Shown piece by piece: positions 51,872-62,648 of a stretch of 64,000 nucleotides of DNA. A program made the position numbers and the translations under genes. The DNA comes from Rickettsia endosymbiont of Pseudomimeciton antennatum (lineage in GTDB: Bacteria; Pseudomonadota; Alphaproteobacteria; Rickettsiales; Rickettsiaceae), in assembly GCA_020881195.1 (NCBI GenBank), contig JAJIYL010000008.1, positions 4,053 through 68,052 on the forward strand, written 5' to 3'. How positions within the stretch are numbered: position 1 is the stretch's first letter; each line of letters begins with the position of its first letter. Under the pieces are notes generated by a model. That model was not told the origin of the DNA and did not search any database. It saw only the letters and a list, made by a program, of their open reading frames with translations.

Positions 51872-52233
51872 CTGTTCAGCAATTATAAATTCAAAAATAT
51901 TAGTTTAAAAACAAGCTAATATTATAATTATTAAGTTAAGAATAATATTTAATTACTAACTTTTTAGATAGTTATTACTCCAAATTGGTATCTATAAGTT
52001 GCAATTAGAACAATATTACTGTCATTTACATTCTGAATTTATAATTGCTGATAGCTGTTAGGAAAAATTATAAAAAATATTCTTTGCTAAATCCATTACA
52101 ATTGTGTTACATTCCGCAATAGCTTTTCAGAATTTAGGAAAATTATTGATTAGATTATTCCTTGATTATTAATCATTTCCTAATAATCTAAAATTATAGT
52201 ATAATTCATATAATATAACTTACAAAAATTTAA

Positions 52234-52881
52234 GTGAATATGTTTAATATTACTGCAAAAAATAAACAACTAGATAGAGCTAAAGTATCCAGTATTTTTT
52301 GTAAACTAGGACAAAAAGAAAAAAAAGGAAAGACTAAAATCAGTGAATTGTTAATTGATTTTCATGAAAATGGTCTTCTACTGATGATGCTTTTCTTTGC
52401 CATACCAATTGCAATTCCTTTGCCGTATCCTCCGGGTTTTACTACTATAGTAGGGATTCCCTTGATTATTTTATCGATGCAGATGTTGCTTGGCTTTAGA
52501 CAAGTTTCTTTACCATCCAAAATTAATAACTATCAAATTAGCAATGATATACTTATTAATATAAGTAACAAGATTGTGCCAAAAATTAAATTGGTAGAAA
52601 AATATATACGACCAAGATTTAGTTTTGCAACCTCTATATATTGCGAACAATTTATTGGCTTAGTATCACTGATTTGTGCTATTGCCATAGCAATACCTTT
52701 ACCTCTAACTAATGCTATACCTGCACTTGGTATTACTATAATGACACTAGGTCTGTTAAATCGAGATGGATTAACTATATTTCTTGGGTTTATGGTTTCT
52801 ATAGTTGGTCTTATTATAGCTGTTATAGCAATTACTGCTAGCTGGATTAGCCTAAAATATTTATTTAATCTATTTTTCTGA
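52234..52881 (+). CDS. ExoD-family membrane protein
   Basis: FAIPIAIPLP, IPLIILSMQMLLG and PLPLTNAIP...RDG. Confidence 0.85.
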   Translation: MNMFNITAKNKQLDRAKVSSIFCKLGQKEKKGKTKISELLIDFHENGLLLMMLFFAIPIAIPLPYPPGFTTIVGIPLIILSMQMLLGFRQVSLPSKINNYQISNDILINISNKIVPKIKLVEKYIRPRFSFATSIYCEQFIGLVSLICAIAIAIPLPLTNAIPALGITIMTLGLLNRDGLTIFLGFMVSIVGLIIAVIAITASWISLKYLFNLFF

Positions 52882-52894
52882 CGTTATTCTTCCA

Positions 52895-53614
52895 ATGAAA
52901 CAAAAATTATATCAAGGATCAAGTAAAATTCTTTATCAGTCACAAGAAGATTTTGCTTTTATTATGTCCTTTACTGACAAAATCACTTTAGAAAATGGCG
53001 AAATTTTTGATATTTCGGGTAAAGGAGTACTAAATAATAATATTTCATCCTTTATAATGAGTAAGCTCGATATGGTGGGGATAGAAAACCATTTAATTGA
53101 AAAAATGAATATGCGTGAACAATTAATACAGTCTGTGGATATTTTTCCCATTCAAATATCGATTTCTACAGTAGCATGTGGCAGGTTTGTAAAGGAGTTC
53201 TCAATGGAAGAAGGATATGTATTCGATCACCCAATTATCGACTTTAGAGTTAGAAGTAGAGAATTAAAACATCCTATAATTAATGAATATCAAATACTGA
53301 ATTTTGGTTGGTTAAATAAGCAGGAAATTGATGAAGTGAAACATCAAGCCATTAGAATACATGATTTTTTAAGTGGATTATTTACAGGTATTGGTATAAG
53401 ACTTGTTGAATGTATACTAGAATTCGGTAGAGTGTTTAATGGTGAAGGCTTTATGGTAATGTTGGCAGATGAAATCAGCCCTGATAATTGCCGTTTATGG
53501 AATATGAGCAATAATGAGAAACTTGGAGCAGAAATGATTGCCACTGATCCAGAAAAAGCTATTAAATCTTATCAGGCAATAGCTGAATTATTAAAAGATA
53601 AAACTTATAGCTAA
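52895..53614 (+). CDS. purC: SAICAR synthetase
   Basis: LYQGSSK, GKGVLNN, LEFG and [13 protein letters not shown]. Confidence 0.9.
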   Translation: MKQKLYQGSSKILYQSQEDFAFIMSFTDKITLENGEIFDISGKGVLNNNISSFIMSKLDMVGIENHLIEKMNMREQLIQSVDIFPIQISISTVACGRFVKEFSMEEGYVFDHPIIDFRVRSRELKHPIINEYQILNFGWLNKQEIDEVKHQAIRIHDFLSGLFTGIGIRLVECILEFGRVFNGEGFMVMLADEISPDNCRLWNMSNNEKLGAEMIATDPEKAIKSYQAIAELLKDKTYS

Positions 53615-53624
53615 TCCGACTAAC

Positions 53625-53870
53625 ATGATAAAAATGAAACATCGCTTTAATTTATTGCTTATATTTATCTGGTTTTATCAATTTTTTATCTCTCCCTTAC
53701 TTGGTATTAATTGCCGTTTTTATCCGTCATGTTCAGAATATGCTAAGTCAGCAATAATGATACACGGTAATATTAAAGGATCATGGTTATTTATTAAGAG
53801 AATAGTCAGGTGTAATCCTTTCTGTCATGGTGGATGTGATCCTGTGCCTAATCAGGACGATTGTAACTAA
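53625..53870 (+). CDS. yidD: Membrane protein insertion efficiency factor
   Basis: YQFFISP...[10 protein letters not shown]...RCNPF..GG.DPVP. Confidence 0.95.
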   Translation: MIKMKHRFNLLLIFIWFYQFFISPLLGINCRFYPSCSEYAKSAIMIHGNIKGSWLFIKRIVRCNPFCHGGCDPVPNQDDCN

Positions 53871-53929
53871 ATACTGGTAATAAAAACATTAATAACTATA
53901 TATACAGTGTACATACTATGTTAACACAT

Positions 53930-54075
53930 TAGACTTCTTTCATAACTCTACTTCTGCTGGTAATTTGTGCGTCGAGCCTAGACTCGCATCCTCACGTACA
54001 TTTAAGTACGCAGCAAGGCTGCGTTCCGTGTCTCCTACAAATTCCCTAGCAGAAGTGAGTTATGAAAGAAGTCTA
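53930..54075 (-). repeat. RPE1-like element (family A), intergenic, 146 bp
   Basis: TAGACTTCTTTCATAACTC...GAGTTATGAAAGAAGTCTA. Confidence 0.92.
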
Positions 54076-54094
54076 TTATATATTTGTTTGTAAA

Positions 54095-54123
54095 TTGACA
54101 AATAATACAATCTTCTATACTAT
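54095..54123 (+). promoter_or_regulatory. sigma70 promoter TTGACA-N17-TACTAT upstream of dut
   Basis: Consensus boxes and spacing. Confidence 0.65.
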
Positions 54124-54238
54124 CAAATAACAAAATTTGTGACATCAATGGTAGGTTCTATTAACTAAAGTGTAATATGGTTAAGCAAAGCTGAAGCTTA
54201 ACTAATCAATCTGATCAATTTAAAAAAATAGCATATTT

Positions 54239-54685
54239 ATGAACATTAAAGTTAAAATTAAAAAATTAGAACATTCTGTAGATATTTTACCTGATTATGC
54301 TACCCAGCAGAGTAGCGGTATGGATCTAATAGCAGCAAATATTGAGCCAATCACTATTAAATCGCAAGAAGTAAAGTTAGTTCCAACGGGAATTTGCATA
54401 GCCTTGCCTACTCATTTAGAAGCTCAAATCAGACCAAGATCAGGTTTAGCACTAAAACATGGCATTACTGTACTAAATTCACCTGGTACAATTGATGCCG
54501 ACTATCGTGGCGAGATAAAGGTAATTTTAATTAATCATGCTAAGGAAGATTTTGTAATTGAACGTGGCATGAAAATTGCTCAGATGGTTATCGCTAGATA
54601 TGAGCAGATATTATGGGATGAGATGGATTTGTTAGATGAAACCCATAGAGGTTCTGGCGGATTTGGCTCAACTGGAAAATTTTAA
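54239..54685 (+). CDS. dut: dUTP diphosphatase
   Basis: [20 protein letters not shown] and [10 protein letters not shown]. Confidence 0.98.
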   Translation: MNIKVKIKKLEHSVDILPDYATQQSSGMDLIAANIEPITIKSQEVKLVPTGICIALPTHLEAQIRPRSGLALKHGITVLNSPGTIDADYRGEIKVILINHAKEDFVIERGMKIAQMVIARYEQILWDEMDLLDETHRGSGGFGSTGKF

Positions 54686-54749
54686 ATGATGCTTTTTTGG
54701 TATGGGAAATTATACTGTAGCAATGAACCGAACAAATTCTATTATCTTT

Positions 54750-55835
54750 TTATAATTTTATTAATTCTGCTTTTTTGGTTAAAGATTCTATGCCATTTAA
54801 GTCAGTAGCAGTTACCCATAATTGTAATCCTAATTCTAGGAAAAGATCAATTAAGTACTGCCTTCTTTTGCTATCAAGATGAACAAACACCTCATCTAAC
54901 AGTAAAATAGGCATAGCGATATTTTCTTTAATAGCATAATTAACTTGGGCAAGTATTATTGCAATGAGCATAGCCTTCTGTTCACCGGTAGAACAGTGTT
55001 TAGCTAGTGCATTTTTTTCTTTATGAATAACTACAAAATCACTTTTATGAACTCCAAAATTAGTACGATTAGACATCTTATCACGAATACGACAGCCCAC
55101 TAATTCTTTTTTTATAAAATCAATGTCTATATCATAATTTTTTGATATTTTTTCTTCTATAACCCCATTAATTGATAAAATAGCTTTAGGAAACTCATTA
55201 TCCAAATCATCAATAGTTTTTTGGATATGTTCTAAAATTTTCAGCCTATTAATAACGATTTCAACTGATAGTTCTGCCATTTTTTCTTCAATTACTCTAA
55301 GCCAACTTGTATCAACTTGGTCTTGTAATAGGATTTTACTACGTTCATACATATAATATTCATATTTACTAACTATTCCTGCATGAGACGGATTAAAGTT
55401 ATAAACAATCCTGTCAAAGAATTTACGTCTATCACTAATACCGGAAGAGAAAATACCATCCATTTGGGGTGTAAGCCAAATCATAGCAGAGAATTTGCTT
55501 AGTTCATTATTTTGTATTTTAACACCGTTAAATTCTGTAAAGCGTCTATTAGATTGACGTTTTACACCCGTTAAAATTTCAACTAGTCCAAGTTTACTAT
55601 GTAATAGCGTATAAGCCGAACAATGTTCTACTCCTCTTTGACAAATATTATCTAATTTGGCTGATCTTAAACCTTTACCAGGTGAAAATAGTGATATTGA
55701 TTCTAAAATATTAGTTTTCCCACTACCATTTTCCCCTATTAATATAATAGGGTTATTACCAGTGTTAATCTCTAAATCCTTAAAATTACGGTAATTTAGT
55801 AGTTTTAATTTTTGTAAGTAAATATTATTAATCAA
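54750..55835 (-). CDS. recF: DNA replication/repair protein RecF
   Basis: GENGSGKTN, STGEQK and LLLDEV. Confidence 0.95.
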   Translation of the reverse strand: MINNIYLQKLKLLNYRNFKDLEINTGNNPIILIGENGSGKTNILESISLFSPGKGLRSAKLDNICQRGVEHCSAYTLLHSKLGLVEILTGVKRQSNRRFTEFNGVKIQNNELSKFSAMIWLTPQMDGIFSSGISDRRKFFDRIVYNFNPSHAGIVSKYEYYMYERSKILLQDQVDTSWLRVIEEKMAELSVEIVINRLKILEHIQKTIDDLDNEFPKAILSINGVIEEKISKNYDIDIDFIKKELVGCRIRDKMSNRTNFGVHKSDFVVIHKEKNALAKHCSTGEQKAMLIAIILAQVNYAIKENIAMPILLLDEVFVHLDSKRRQYLIDLFLELGLQLWVTATDLNGIESLTKKAELIKL

Positions 55836-56500
55836 TAAATTGTCTTCCCACCACTCTTAAATTTTTGATGAGCCTGGTTTAATTTTTTGATAAATTCCGG
55901 AGAATATGATTTAAGATCACTTTTCGATCCACCTTCATATTGTTTAGCTAAATCCATCCCGCCTTTAATCATATTATAAGCAAAATTTTCTTTCTTTGTT
56001 TCTCCAGCTATTCTTTTAGGATTCATAAATTTATAAACTTGGTATAAAGCAAAATTTTTAACTAAACGTCTTGCTTCTAATCTAGATTGCTTGCTTATAC
56101 CTTGTAAATTGTCTTTTGGTTTTATCAAACCTCGGTTAGCTTCTTTTACCAATAGCGAATGTTGTTGCATTAAGTAACTACTTACTTCAGCAACATTCTT
56201 GCTGATAAGTTTCTCATCAATTTTAAGATTTAATTTCTTATTATTGAGTTTACCTAAATATTTTTTTATTAATATGATGATCTGTGTCTGTAATTTTGTT
56301 AAATCCATTGTTTGTTCGTTTAGACAAGCTAATATTTGTTCTATCTCCTGCTCGAAAGCATCGTTTGCACTTAATTCATTGTAAATTTCCATTGCATCAT
56401 CAGATGCAAGTTCATTATCATCAGTTATACCTACTAACGCATCCTTAATTTGGTCTGCTAACGTTCTAGAATCCTTTGGTTTTTTGTTATCTGTTTCCAT
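55832..56500 (-). CDS. Conserved rickettsial hypothetical protein
   Basis: 222-aa ORF coupled to recF; LYQVYKFMNPKRIAGET. Confidence 0.7.
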   Translation of the reverse strand: METDNKKPKDSRTLADQIKDALVGITDDNELASDDAMEIYNELSANDAFEQEIEQILACLNEQTMDLTKLQTQIIILIKKYLGKLNNKKLNLKIDEKLISKNVAEVSSYLMQQHSLLVKEANRGLIKPKDNLQGISKQSRLEARRLVKNFALYQVYKFMNPKRIAGETKKENFAYNMIKGGMDLAKQYEGGSKSDLKSYSPEFIKKLNQAHQKFKSGGKTIY

Positions 56501-56548
56501 TTATTAGTTTCCCATTTACGAAGTCTATCATACCCCAATTCCACTACT

Positions 56549-56590
56549 ATACTCCAATTCGGGATAAATTGTTATCCCAAATTGGAGTAT
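56549..56590. other. 42-bp hairpin ATACTCCAATT(C)GGGATAA-N4-TTATCCC(A)AATTGGAGTAT
   Basis: 19-position stem with one mismatch, directly after the stop of 56590..56943. Confidence 0.7.
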
Positions 56591-56943
56591 TATCGTTCTT
56601 GAGTAGTAAAGTGCCCTCTATAGGTTCTATACAACATGACCCCTCTACGCTCTTCAATTATAGTTTTGCATAATAAGGCTGAGTCAATAGCTTTTTGTCT
56701 TTTGGTAAATTTATATTCTTTTTCTGTACATAACTCACTTATACTAATATTTTGCCAAATAAGTCCATCAAAGATTTTAGCTTTAATATAACCACTTGAC
56801 TTTAAATTCTCATAATCTCCCTTGTTAAGACTTAATGTGTCATCATTTAACAAAAGTTTGACATCCCCAACATTTAACTTTGTTATAGGGTCAACATACT
56901 TAATATAGACTATACCGGTTAGTTCTATCGTACTAGGTATCAT
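56590..56943 (-). CDS. Hypothetical protein downstream of ctrA
   Basis: 117-aa ORF with AGGAG RBS. Confidence 0.7.
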   Translation of the reverse strand: MIPSTIELTGIVYIKYVDPITKLNVGDVKLLLNDDTLSLNKGDYENLKSSGYIKAKIFDGLIWQNISISELCTEKEYKFTKRQKAIDSALLCKTIIEERRGVMLYRTYRGHFTTQER

Positions 56944-56992
56944 AATCTCCTATTTTTAATTCTAGGAATGAGATGGTTCAATAAACTTATCC

Positions 56993-57697
56993 TTAAAAAT
57001 GATGCAATATTGGTTCTTGTTCATCATATTCTTTCAACATATAACCACGTCCCCATACTGTATCAATGTAGTTTGTACCACCAGCAGCATCAGCCAACTT
57101 CTTACGTAATTTGCAGACAAATACGTCTATTATCTTAATCTCTGGTTCATCAACACTACTATACAGATGGTCTAAGAACATCTCCTTATTCAATACCGTT
57201 CCTCTACGCAATACCAACAATTCTAAAATGGCATATTCCTTGTTCGTTAAATGAACCTTTTTACCATCAACTTCTACAATTCTGGTATCAAGATGAATAC
57301 TTACCTTGTCAAACCTAACCACTGACTCAGAATGTCCTTTAGAACGACGAACAATTGCGTAAATACGAGCAATTAATTCTTCGCGGTCGAATGGTTTTGT
57401 GATATAATCATCTGCCCCACATGTAAGACCTTTAATCTTCTGATCAACTGTAGTAAGCCCCGATAAAATCAATATAGGGGTTTTTACTTTAGCGGAACGT
57501 AATCTCAGCAGGACCTCGAATCCGCTAATATCTGGCAGCATAAGGTCTAAAATAATTAAATCATAATTGTAAACTTTAGCTATTTCTATTCCTTCTGCAC
57601 CAAACTCTACCACTTCACAAATAATTCCTTCTGAAGCTAACGTTAATTCAATAGAACTAGCTATATCACTATTATCTTCTACTAACAGTACCCTCAT
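56993..57697 (-). CDS. ctrA: Cell-cycle response regulator CtrA
   Basis: [41 protein letters not shown] and TVWGRGY. Confidence 0.95.
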   Translation of the reverse strand: MRVLLVEDNSDIASSIELTLASEGIICEVVEFGAEGIEIAKVYNYDLIILDLMLPDISGFEVLLRLRSAKVKTPILILSGLTTVDQKIKGLTCGADDYITKPFDREELIARIYAIVRRSKGHSESVVRFDKVSIHLDTRIVEVDGKKVHLTNKEYAILELLVLRRGTVLNKEMFLDHLYSSVDEPEIKIIDVFVCKLRKKLADAAGGTNYIDTVWGRGYMLKEYDEQEPILHHF

Positions 57698-57925
57698 TAC
57701 ATCTTTCTCCTTAATAAATTTTTCTTTATTAACTTACTTTTTATTACACGCTATGTTCTCATTTTATCTCTATAAGAGCAAGTAATTTTATTAGAATAAT
57801 CGAATTTGGGATAACTTATTTACCCCAAATTTGCGTATATTAAAGATAAATGTTCACAGCCCTTAATTAAATAAAATGTTACTTATAGTTACCTCCAGGA
57901 AAATTTCATCCATAGAGTTGACCTG

Positions 57926-57984
57926 GGAGGTTGCCTACAATAACTAAAATATAATTAGTTAGTTATTGTAGGCAACCTCCTAGC
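57926..57984. repeat. Short relative of the 9748-9875 MITE-like element
   Basis: GGAGGTTGCCTACAATAACTAA-N11-TTAGTTATTGTAGGCAACCTCC(TAGC). Confidence 0.75.
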
Positions 57985-58450
57985 AAGCAGTTAAAATCTT
58001 AGATACTACAATAAGATCATTATTACTAGTTTTTTCTATTATAGCAAATTTTTGATTTTGGATATCTTGTAGGTCGGCGGAGATTGTAAAATAAGCAAAG
58101 TTTATCATTAAATTTATCATTATTTTTAGTTGTTCTTAAACAAACTATAATTTTAACTCAACCTAGGTTCTTATATCTTGAAAATCTGATATAAGAATCT
58201 AAGTAGCTGAATTAAAAATAATCAAGTATAAATACTACAGATTTAGTTTAAACGATCATTTCATTGTAGACGTTTGTTATGATTTTTGCAATCACGTTAG
58301 TTGTAATTTTATTAAAATTTAGTATAGACAATTGTAGATTATTGTTATAATCATAAATAATGACGTAAGTATCTTACATAAATTTGACATTGATACGCAA
58401 ATTAAGTAGGTTCTGTGAACAAAATTAATGAGATGTATGCTCCGCTTAAA

Positions 58451-58547
58451 CGTCATTGCGAGGAGTGTGTAAACACGACGAAGCAATCCAGATTTATTCT
58501 AATTTTTGGATTGCTTCGTCGCCACAAAGTGGCTCTGAGCCATGACG
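58451..58547. repeat. Family D repeat
   Basis: CGTCATTGCGAGG...GCAATCCA...TGGATTGC...CATGACG. Confidence 0.85.
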
Positions 58548-58625
58548 TTTTAATTGGGAACTCGCGTGATTTAGCTTTCATGGTACATGGATGTTTCCAG
58601 GTTTTGTCCTACACATAGAAGACTT

Positions 58626-59233
58626 TTATGTATCATGAAGAGGATAAGTAAACCAAAATGTAGAAGGTTTCTCTGGTGGTCTTAAAAAATAAGGGATAGC
58701 ATTTTCTATATTTTGGTGGAACCCAAATAACAACTTACTAAGTTTCCACCAAAAAAGACCATGAGAAACAATAAGAACAGGAGATTTGTATGTCAAACAT
58801 TTATTTGTAGCAGAAATAACACGTTTTGTAAACTCTTGATTTGTTTCAACATTTTTAATAGGTTGTCCTTTTTCCCATTCTGTAATCCATGATAATTTGT
58901 TTAAAGCCTTTCCTTCCATAATACCCAAATTCATTTCTCTTAGGTTATTTAAATATATTAAAGGGCAGTGTAATTCTTTCTGTATGATTTCTGCAGTTTC
59001 AACAGTACGCAAAAGTGGGCTTGTTATTATTGAAGAAATCTGACTTTCCTTTTTTAGAAGTTTTGCAGCACTTTGGGCTTGTAATATACCTTTTTTATTT
59101 AAGGGACAATTGGTACTACCCATAGCTATATGCTTTCTATTCCATTCTGTTTCCCCATGGCGAATAAAAAAAATGGAATAAGTCTTATTTTTTTAGAATT
59201 AACAGATAGATAGTCTTTCTTAATTATATGCAT
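58626..59233 (-). pseudogene. Histidine phosphatase (phosphoglycerate mutase-like), frameshifted in a homopolymer
   Basis: RHGETEWN lies upstream of the track start 59123 in a frame with no start codon; ATG 59233 joins it by adding one A to the A7 run (59188-59194); SPLLR and VSHG motifs. Confidence 0.8.
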
Positions 59234-59328
59234 GTTTGTAATCTTCTAGTTTTTAAAAGGAAACCAATACATAATGTAACTATCAAACAACTATTCCAAA
59301 AAGCTTCGTTTGTAAGGTGGTTTTGCAT

Positions 59329-59748
59329 TTAAAGTGTTTTTAAGCTTATAGCTATTCTATTTAAAGCGTTCATAATCGAAATACAAATAGTAATATCCAC
59401 AATTTCCCTCTCAGAAAAATGCTTGAATATGTCATCTTTTATTTCATCAATCTTTTCAAATGAACCACATGTTATGGATTCACACCATTTTAGAGCTATA
59501 ATTTCTTTTTCACTAAATACTTCTTTAGTAGAGAACCAAATTGGTAACAAATCTAGCTTCTTTTGAGGGACATTATTCTTTCTGGCGTCTGAAAGATGTA
59601 AATTACAACAATAGAAGCAACCATTTATTTGTGATACCCTTAGTTCAATTAAATATCTTAGTCCTTTATCAAGGGGGGAGTTATCAAGACTTTCGTAAGA
59701 TTTATATATGCATGACATTGTATGTTTAGAGACTTCTGCATAGTTCAT
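59329..59748 (-). CDS. Carboxymuconolactone decarboxylase/AhpD family protein
   Basis: LRVSQINGCFYCCNLH and IMNALNRIA. Confidence 0.88.
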   Translation of the reverse strand: MNYAEVSKHTMSCIYKSYESLDNSPLDKGLRYLIELRVSQINGCFYCCNLHLSDARKNNVPQKKLDLLPIWFSTKEVFSEKEIIALKWCESITCGSFEKIDEIKDDIFKHFSEREIVDITICISIMNALNRIAISLKTL

Positions 59749-59950
59749 TTTTTCCCTCTAAATTAGTTATTTAATAAATATTATTTCCGAGCAATGACTA
59801 TATTTGGACCATGTAGTCTGTCAAGTAGGTTGATAAATTCTGTATGTAGTTACTTTATTCGATGATGTCTCCTGAGATTTTATATGCGTAGACCATGATT
59901 TTTGCCTTAAATTGCATGTCTAAATAAGATAAGTAAACTTAATATGATTC

Positions 59951-60589
59951 TTACTCCGCTACTGATTGTTCACGTATTATCTGCAAGTTATTTTGACAAT
60001 TATGCCAAAGGTTTTTGACTTCTTGTTCGTAAGCGATCAACTCAAGCATAGTCCAATTAAACTGTTCAAAAAGTTTATATGTGCTATTTATTCCTCTACA
60101 AATAGCATCTATATTAAACAACTTTGTAGAAAATAATTCTTCTATCCTTGTTTCTTGTGCTTTTTTATATTCATCGTGATTAGCGATACCAAATTCTGCT
60201 ACATCATGCATCTGACTGGTCCGTACCTGTATTTCCACATTACGTTTAGGAGTACCAACGGCAGCGACGATATGCAGAGAACTATAACCATTATCCTTAG
60301 GATTAATAATATAATCTTTATATTTCTCAAGGTTATGATGGTATAAATCATTAATAATATCTAATACTGTGTAACAGTCTTCTTGCTTGTCAACTATAAT
60401 TCTAAAAGCAATTAGGTCAGTTAATTGGTGAAAATCAATATTTTTTCTTATCAGCTTCTTTAAAATAGAATAAGGATCTTTTAATCTGTAGGATATCTTC
60501 TCTACTATAGACCTTTCATGTAACTTAGCACCAATAGTACCTGCGATCTTGTGTAAATTATCAATGTCTTTATATAACATAAACTTCAT
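59951..60589 (-). CDS. Stand-alone RelA/SpoT (p)ppGpp synthetase domain (SAS)
   Basis: RLKDPYSILKK, DLIAFR, KDYIINPKDNGYSSLH, EIQVRT and MHDVAEFG. Confidence 0.9.
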   Translation of the reverse strand: MKFMLYKDIDNLHKIAGTIGAKLHERSIVEKISYRLKDPYSILKKLIRKNIDFHQLTDLIAFRIIVDKQEDCYTVLDIINDLYHHNLEKYKDYIINPKDNGYSSLHIVAAVGTPKRNVEIQVRTSQMHDVAEFGIANHDEYKKAQETRIEELFSTKLFNIDAICRGINSTYKLFEQFNWTMLELIAYEQEVKNLWHNCQNNLQIIREQSVAE

Positions 60590-60746
60590 ATTGTTACTTT
60601 AACTATTTTGGCTATTATATATCCTACGAATATTAATAAAAACTACAGCTCTATGTCAATAGTTAAATTATTTTTTTATAAATAAGAGTTTTTGAATAAT
60701 ATAATTTATTGAATAGCTGTTATTTTGATTGAAGTACAATCATCGC

Positions 60747-62537
60747 TTATTGTGTAATACCCATCCTATACATACCACTCCTTACATTTCCACGTATTCT
60801 TCTATAAATTTTGTTCCACGTCATCCTAACACCATCTATACGCAATGATATAATTAATTGCACTATTACATTAGGTTTATGATTATTAGATGGCATAGTA
60901 GGAGTGTCATTAAATTTTATTAATTTACCTAATGGAAGATCAAATATTTTTGTTGTAGATGATAGTAGAAGTTTAATTTGTTTATCAAATTGACTTAAAT
61001 ATTGATCGTTCATAACAAATGAGGTAATATTAACCAGTCTTATTGTCATTTTTTTATTATTGAAACAGTTACTAGTGCCATAATCAATTCTAACCCGTGA
61101 TAAAGCTAGGTCAATTGCTCCTATATCATGTTTGCTTGCTATAGATATCCACAAACATACATCTTCACCAATCTTTATATTCTCAGGAAATTTATTTGAC
61201 ACAAAAAGAGAAGCTTTCGCCATCACAGTAGAGACTGCTATAGGACATTTACTAATCATTTTAGGAAACACCTGTCCGCTAAAAGTACCAGAGTTAATAT
61301 ATTTAATCAGATTTCCATCCCAATCTACCCTATGGTAAGAAGTATGCGAAAATAATAAACTATTATCCTCCATAAACTTCAATTGAGTTTCAAGTTTATT
61401 ATCATAAAACAAATCATCAGAATCAATGAATGCTATATACTGCCCAGATGCATGTTTAATAGCTAGGTTACGTGCCGCCGCTGGTCCTGCATTTTTCTTG
61501 CGAATATATTTAATTCTAGTATCCCTATTGCATTCCTCAATCAATGCAGATACATCATCTTTAGACCCATCATCTACTAGAATCAATTCAAAGTGTTGAT
61601 GAGTTTGGGCAAGGATACTTTTCACAGACTCAAGTGCCAAATTAACTCTATTATAAATTGGCATAATTACACTAATCTTAATATCAGATAAGAGGTCCTT
61701 AGCCATTGATTCAGCTAGCTTAGATGCAAGATGATAAGAGGCATTTGTAAGAAAAATACTACTACGATGCAAGAATAAGTAAGGTGACCCTTCCATTACA
61801 GTCATTTCTTCCGGAGTAAGCTTTCTGAGAAACCCGGACCACAACTCATTACATTCATCTATATTGCTAGTGATTTTATACGTTCCTCGATCTGGATGAG
61901 AACGACTTTTAATTAGAATACGATCATCAAAATGAGTAGGTGCTACTCTTAGGAACTTAAACCACAGGGCGTAATCTTGGGTGGTTAATAATGTTTCATC
62001 AAAAGTACCAATTTCATGGAAATATTTCAGGGGTATTAAGAGAGCACAACCGTGAATTAATCCTCGCATAAGAATAAATAATGGGATATTACACTTTTCC
62101 CTAGAGAATATTTTATCTATTCTTGTAAAATACAATGACTTGGATTTATGGTCTATAACCTCATAACTGCCATAAATAATCGTATTACGATTAGCAAGAT
62201 TATTAAGTACATTAATTTGATGTTCAATTTTTTCAGGGGTATAAACATCATCGTGACTTAGCCACGAAAAATATTCACCTCTCATTTCTCTAATTGCCAA
62301 ATTTAAAGCTGAAGCTACACCACCATTTGGCTTAGAAAAATAACGAATCTTATCACCATAAGTTAAGGCTATGCGTTCTGTTTCACCATTATCGTTTGAC
62401 CCATCATTAACCACTATAATTTCTAAATTTTTGTAAGTTTGAGCTATTGTGCTATCTATCGCTTCACGCATATAATTAGCCCCGTTATACACTGGAATAA
62501 CAATTGAAACTTTAGGATAAAATGTGGTGTTAGTCAT
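60747..62537 (-). CDS. Two-domain family 2 glycosyltransferase
   Basis: Two GT2 domains (IVIPVYN...LSHDD; VIMPIYN...IDSDD). Confidence 0.92.
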   Translation of the reverse strand: MTNTTFYPKVSIVIPVYNGANYMREAIDSTIAQTYKNLEIIVVNDGSNDNGETERIALTYGDKIRYFSKPNGGVASALNLAIREMRGEYFSWLSHDDVYTPEKIEHQINVLNNLANRNTIIYGSYEVIDHKSKSLYFTRIDKIFSREKCNIPLFILMRGLIHGCALLIPLKYFHEIGTFDETLLTTQDYALWFKFLRVAPTHFDDRILIKSRSHPDRGTYKITSNIDECNELWSGFLRKLTPEEMTVMEGSPYLFLHRSSIFLTNASYHLASKLAESMAKDLLSDIKISVIMPIYNRVNLALESVKSILAQTHQHFELILVDDGSKDDVSALIEECNRDTRIKYIRKKNAGPAAARNLAIKHASGQYIAFIDSDDLFYDNKLETQLKFMEDNSLLFSHTSYHRVDWDGNLIKYINSGTFSGQVFPKMISKCPIAVSTVMAKASLFVSNKFPENIKIGEDVCLWISIASKHDIGAIDLALSRVRIDYGTSNCFNNKKMTIRLVNITSFVMNDQYLSQFDKQIKLLLSSTTKIFDLPLGKLIKFNDTPTMPSNNHKPNVIVQLIISLRIDGVRMTWNKIYRRIRGNVRSGMYRMGITQ

Positions 62538-62648
62538 TAAGGATTCTGAATGAGTTAAAGTAAGTTAATATTTCACCTTACGCATGGCAAAAAGTCATAG
62601 GGGAAATAGCCTCGCAATGACGGAGTAATGCTATATAGTTTCTTGTAA

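Noticed and set aside
52895-53614. Isolated purC as a novelty
   Set aside because: A lone purC without the rest of the pathway is already known in rickettsiae
56549-56590. Intrinsic terminator call
   Set aside because: No U-tract follows the stem on the coding strand
57700-58420. CtrA boxes or an sRNA upstream of ctrA
   Set aside because: No exact TTAA-N7-TTAA was found in the stretches checked, and only AT-rich weak stems are present beyond those reported
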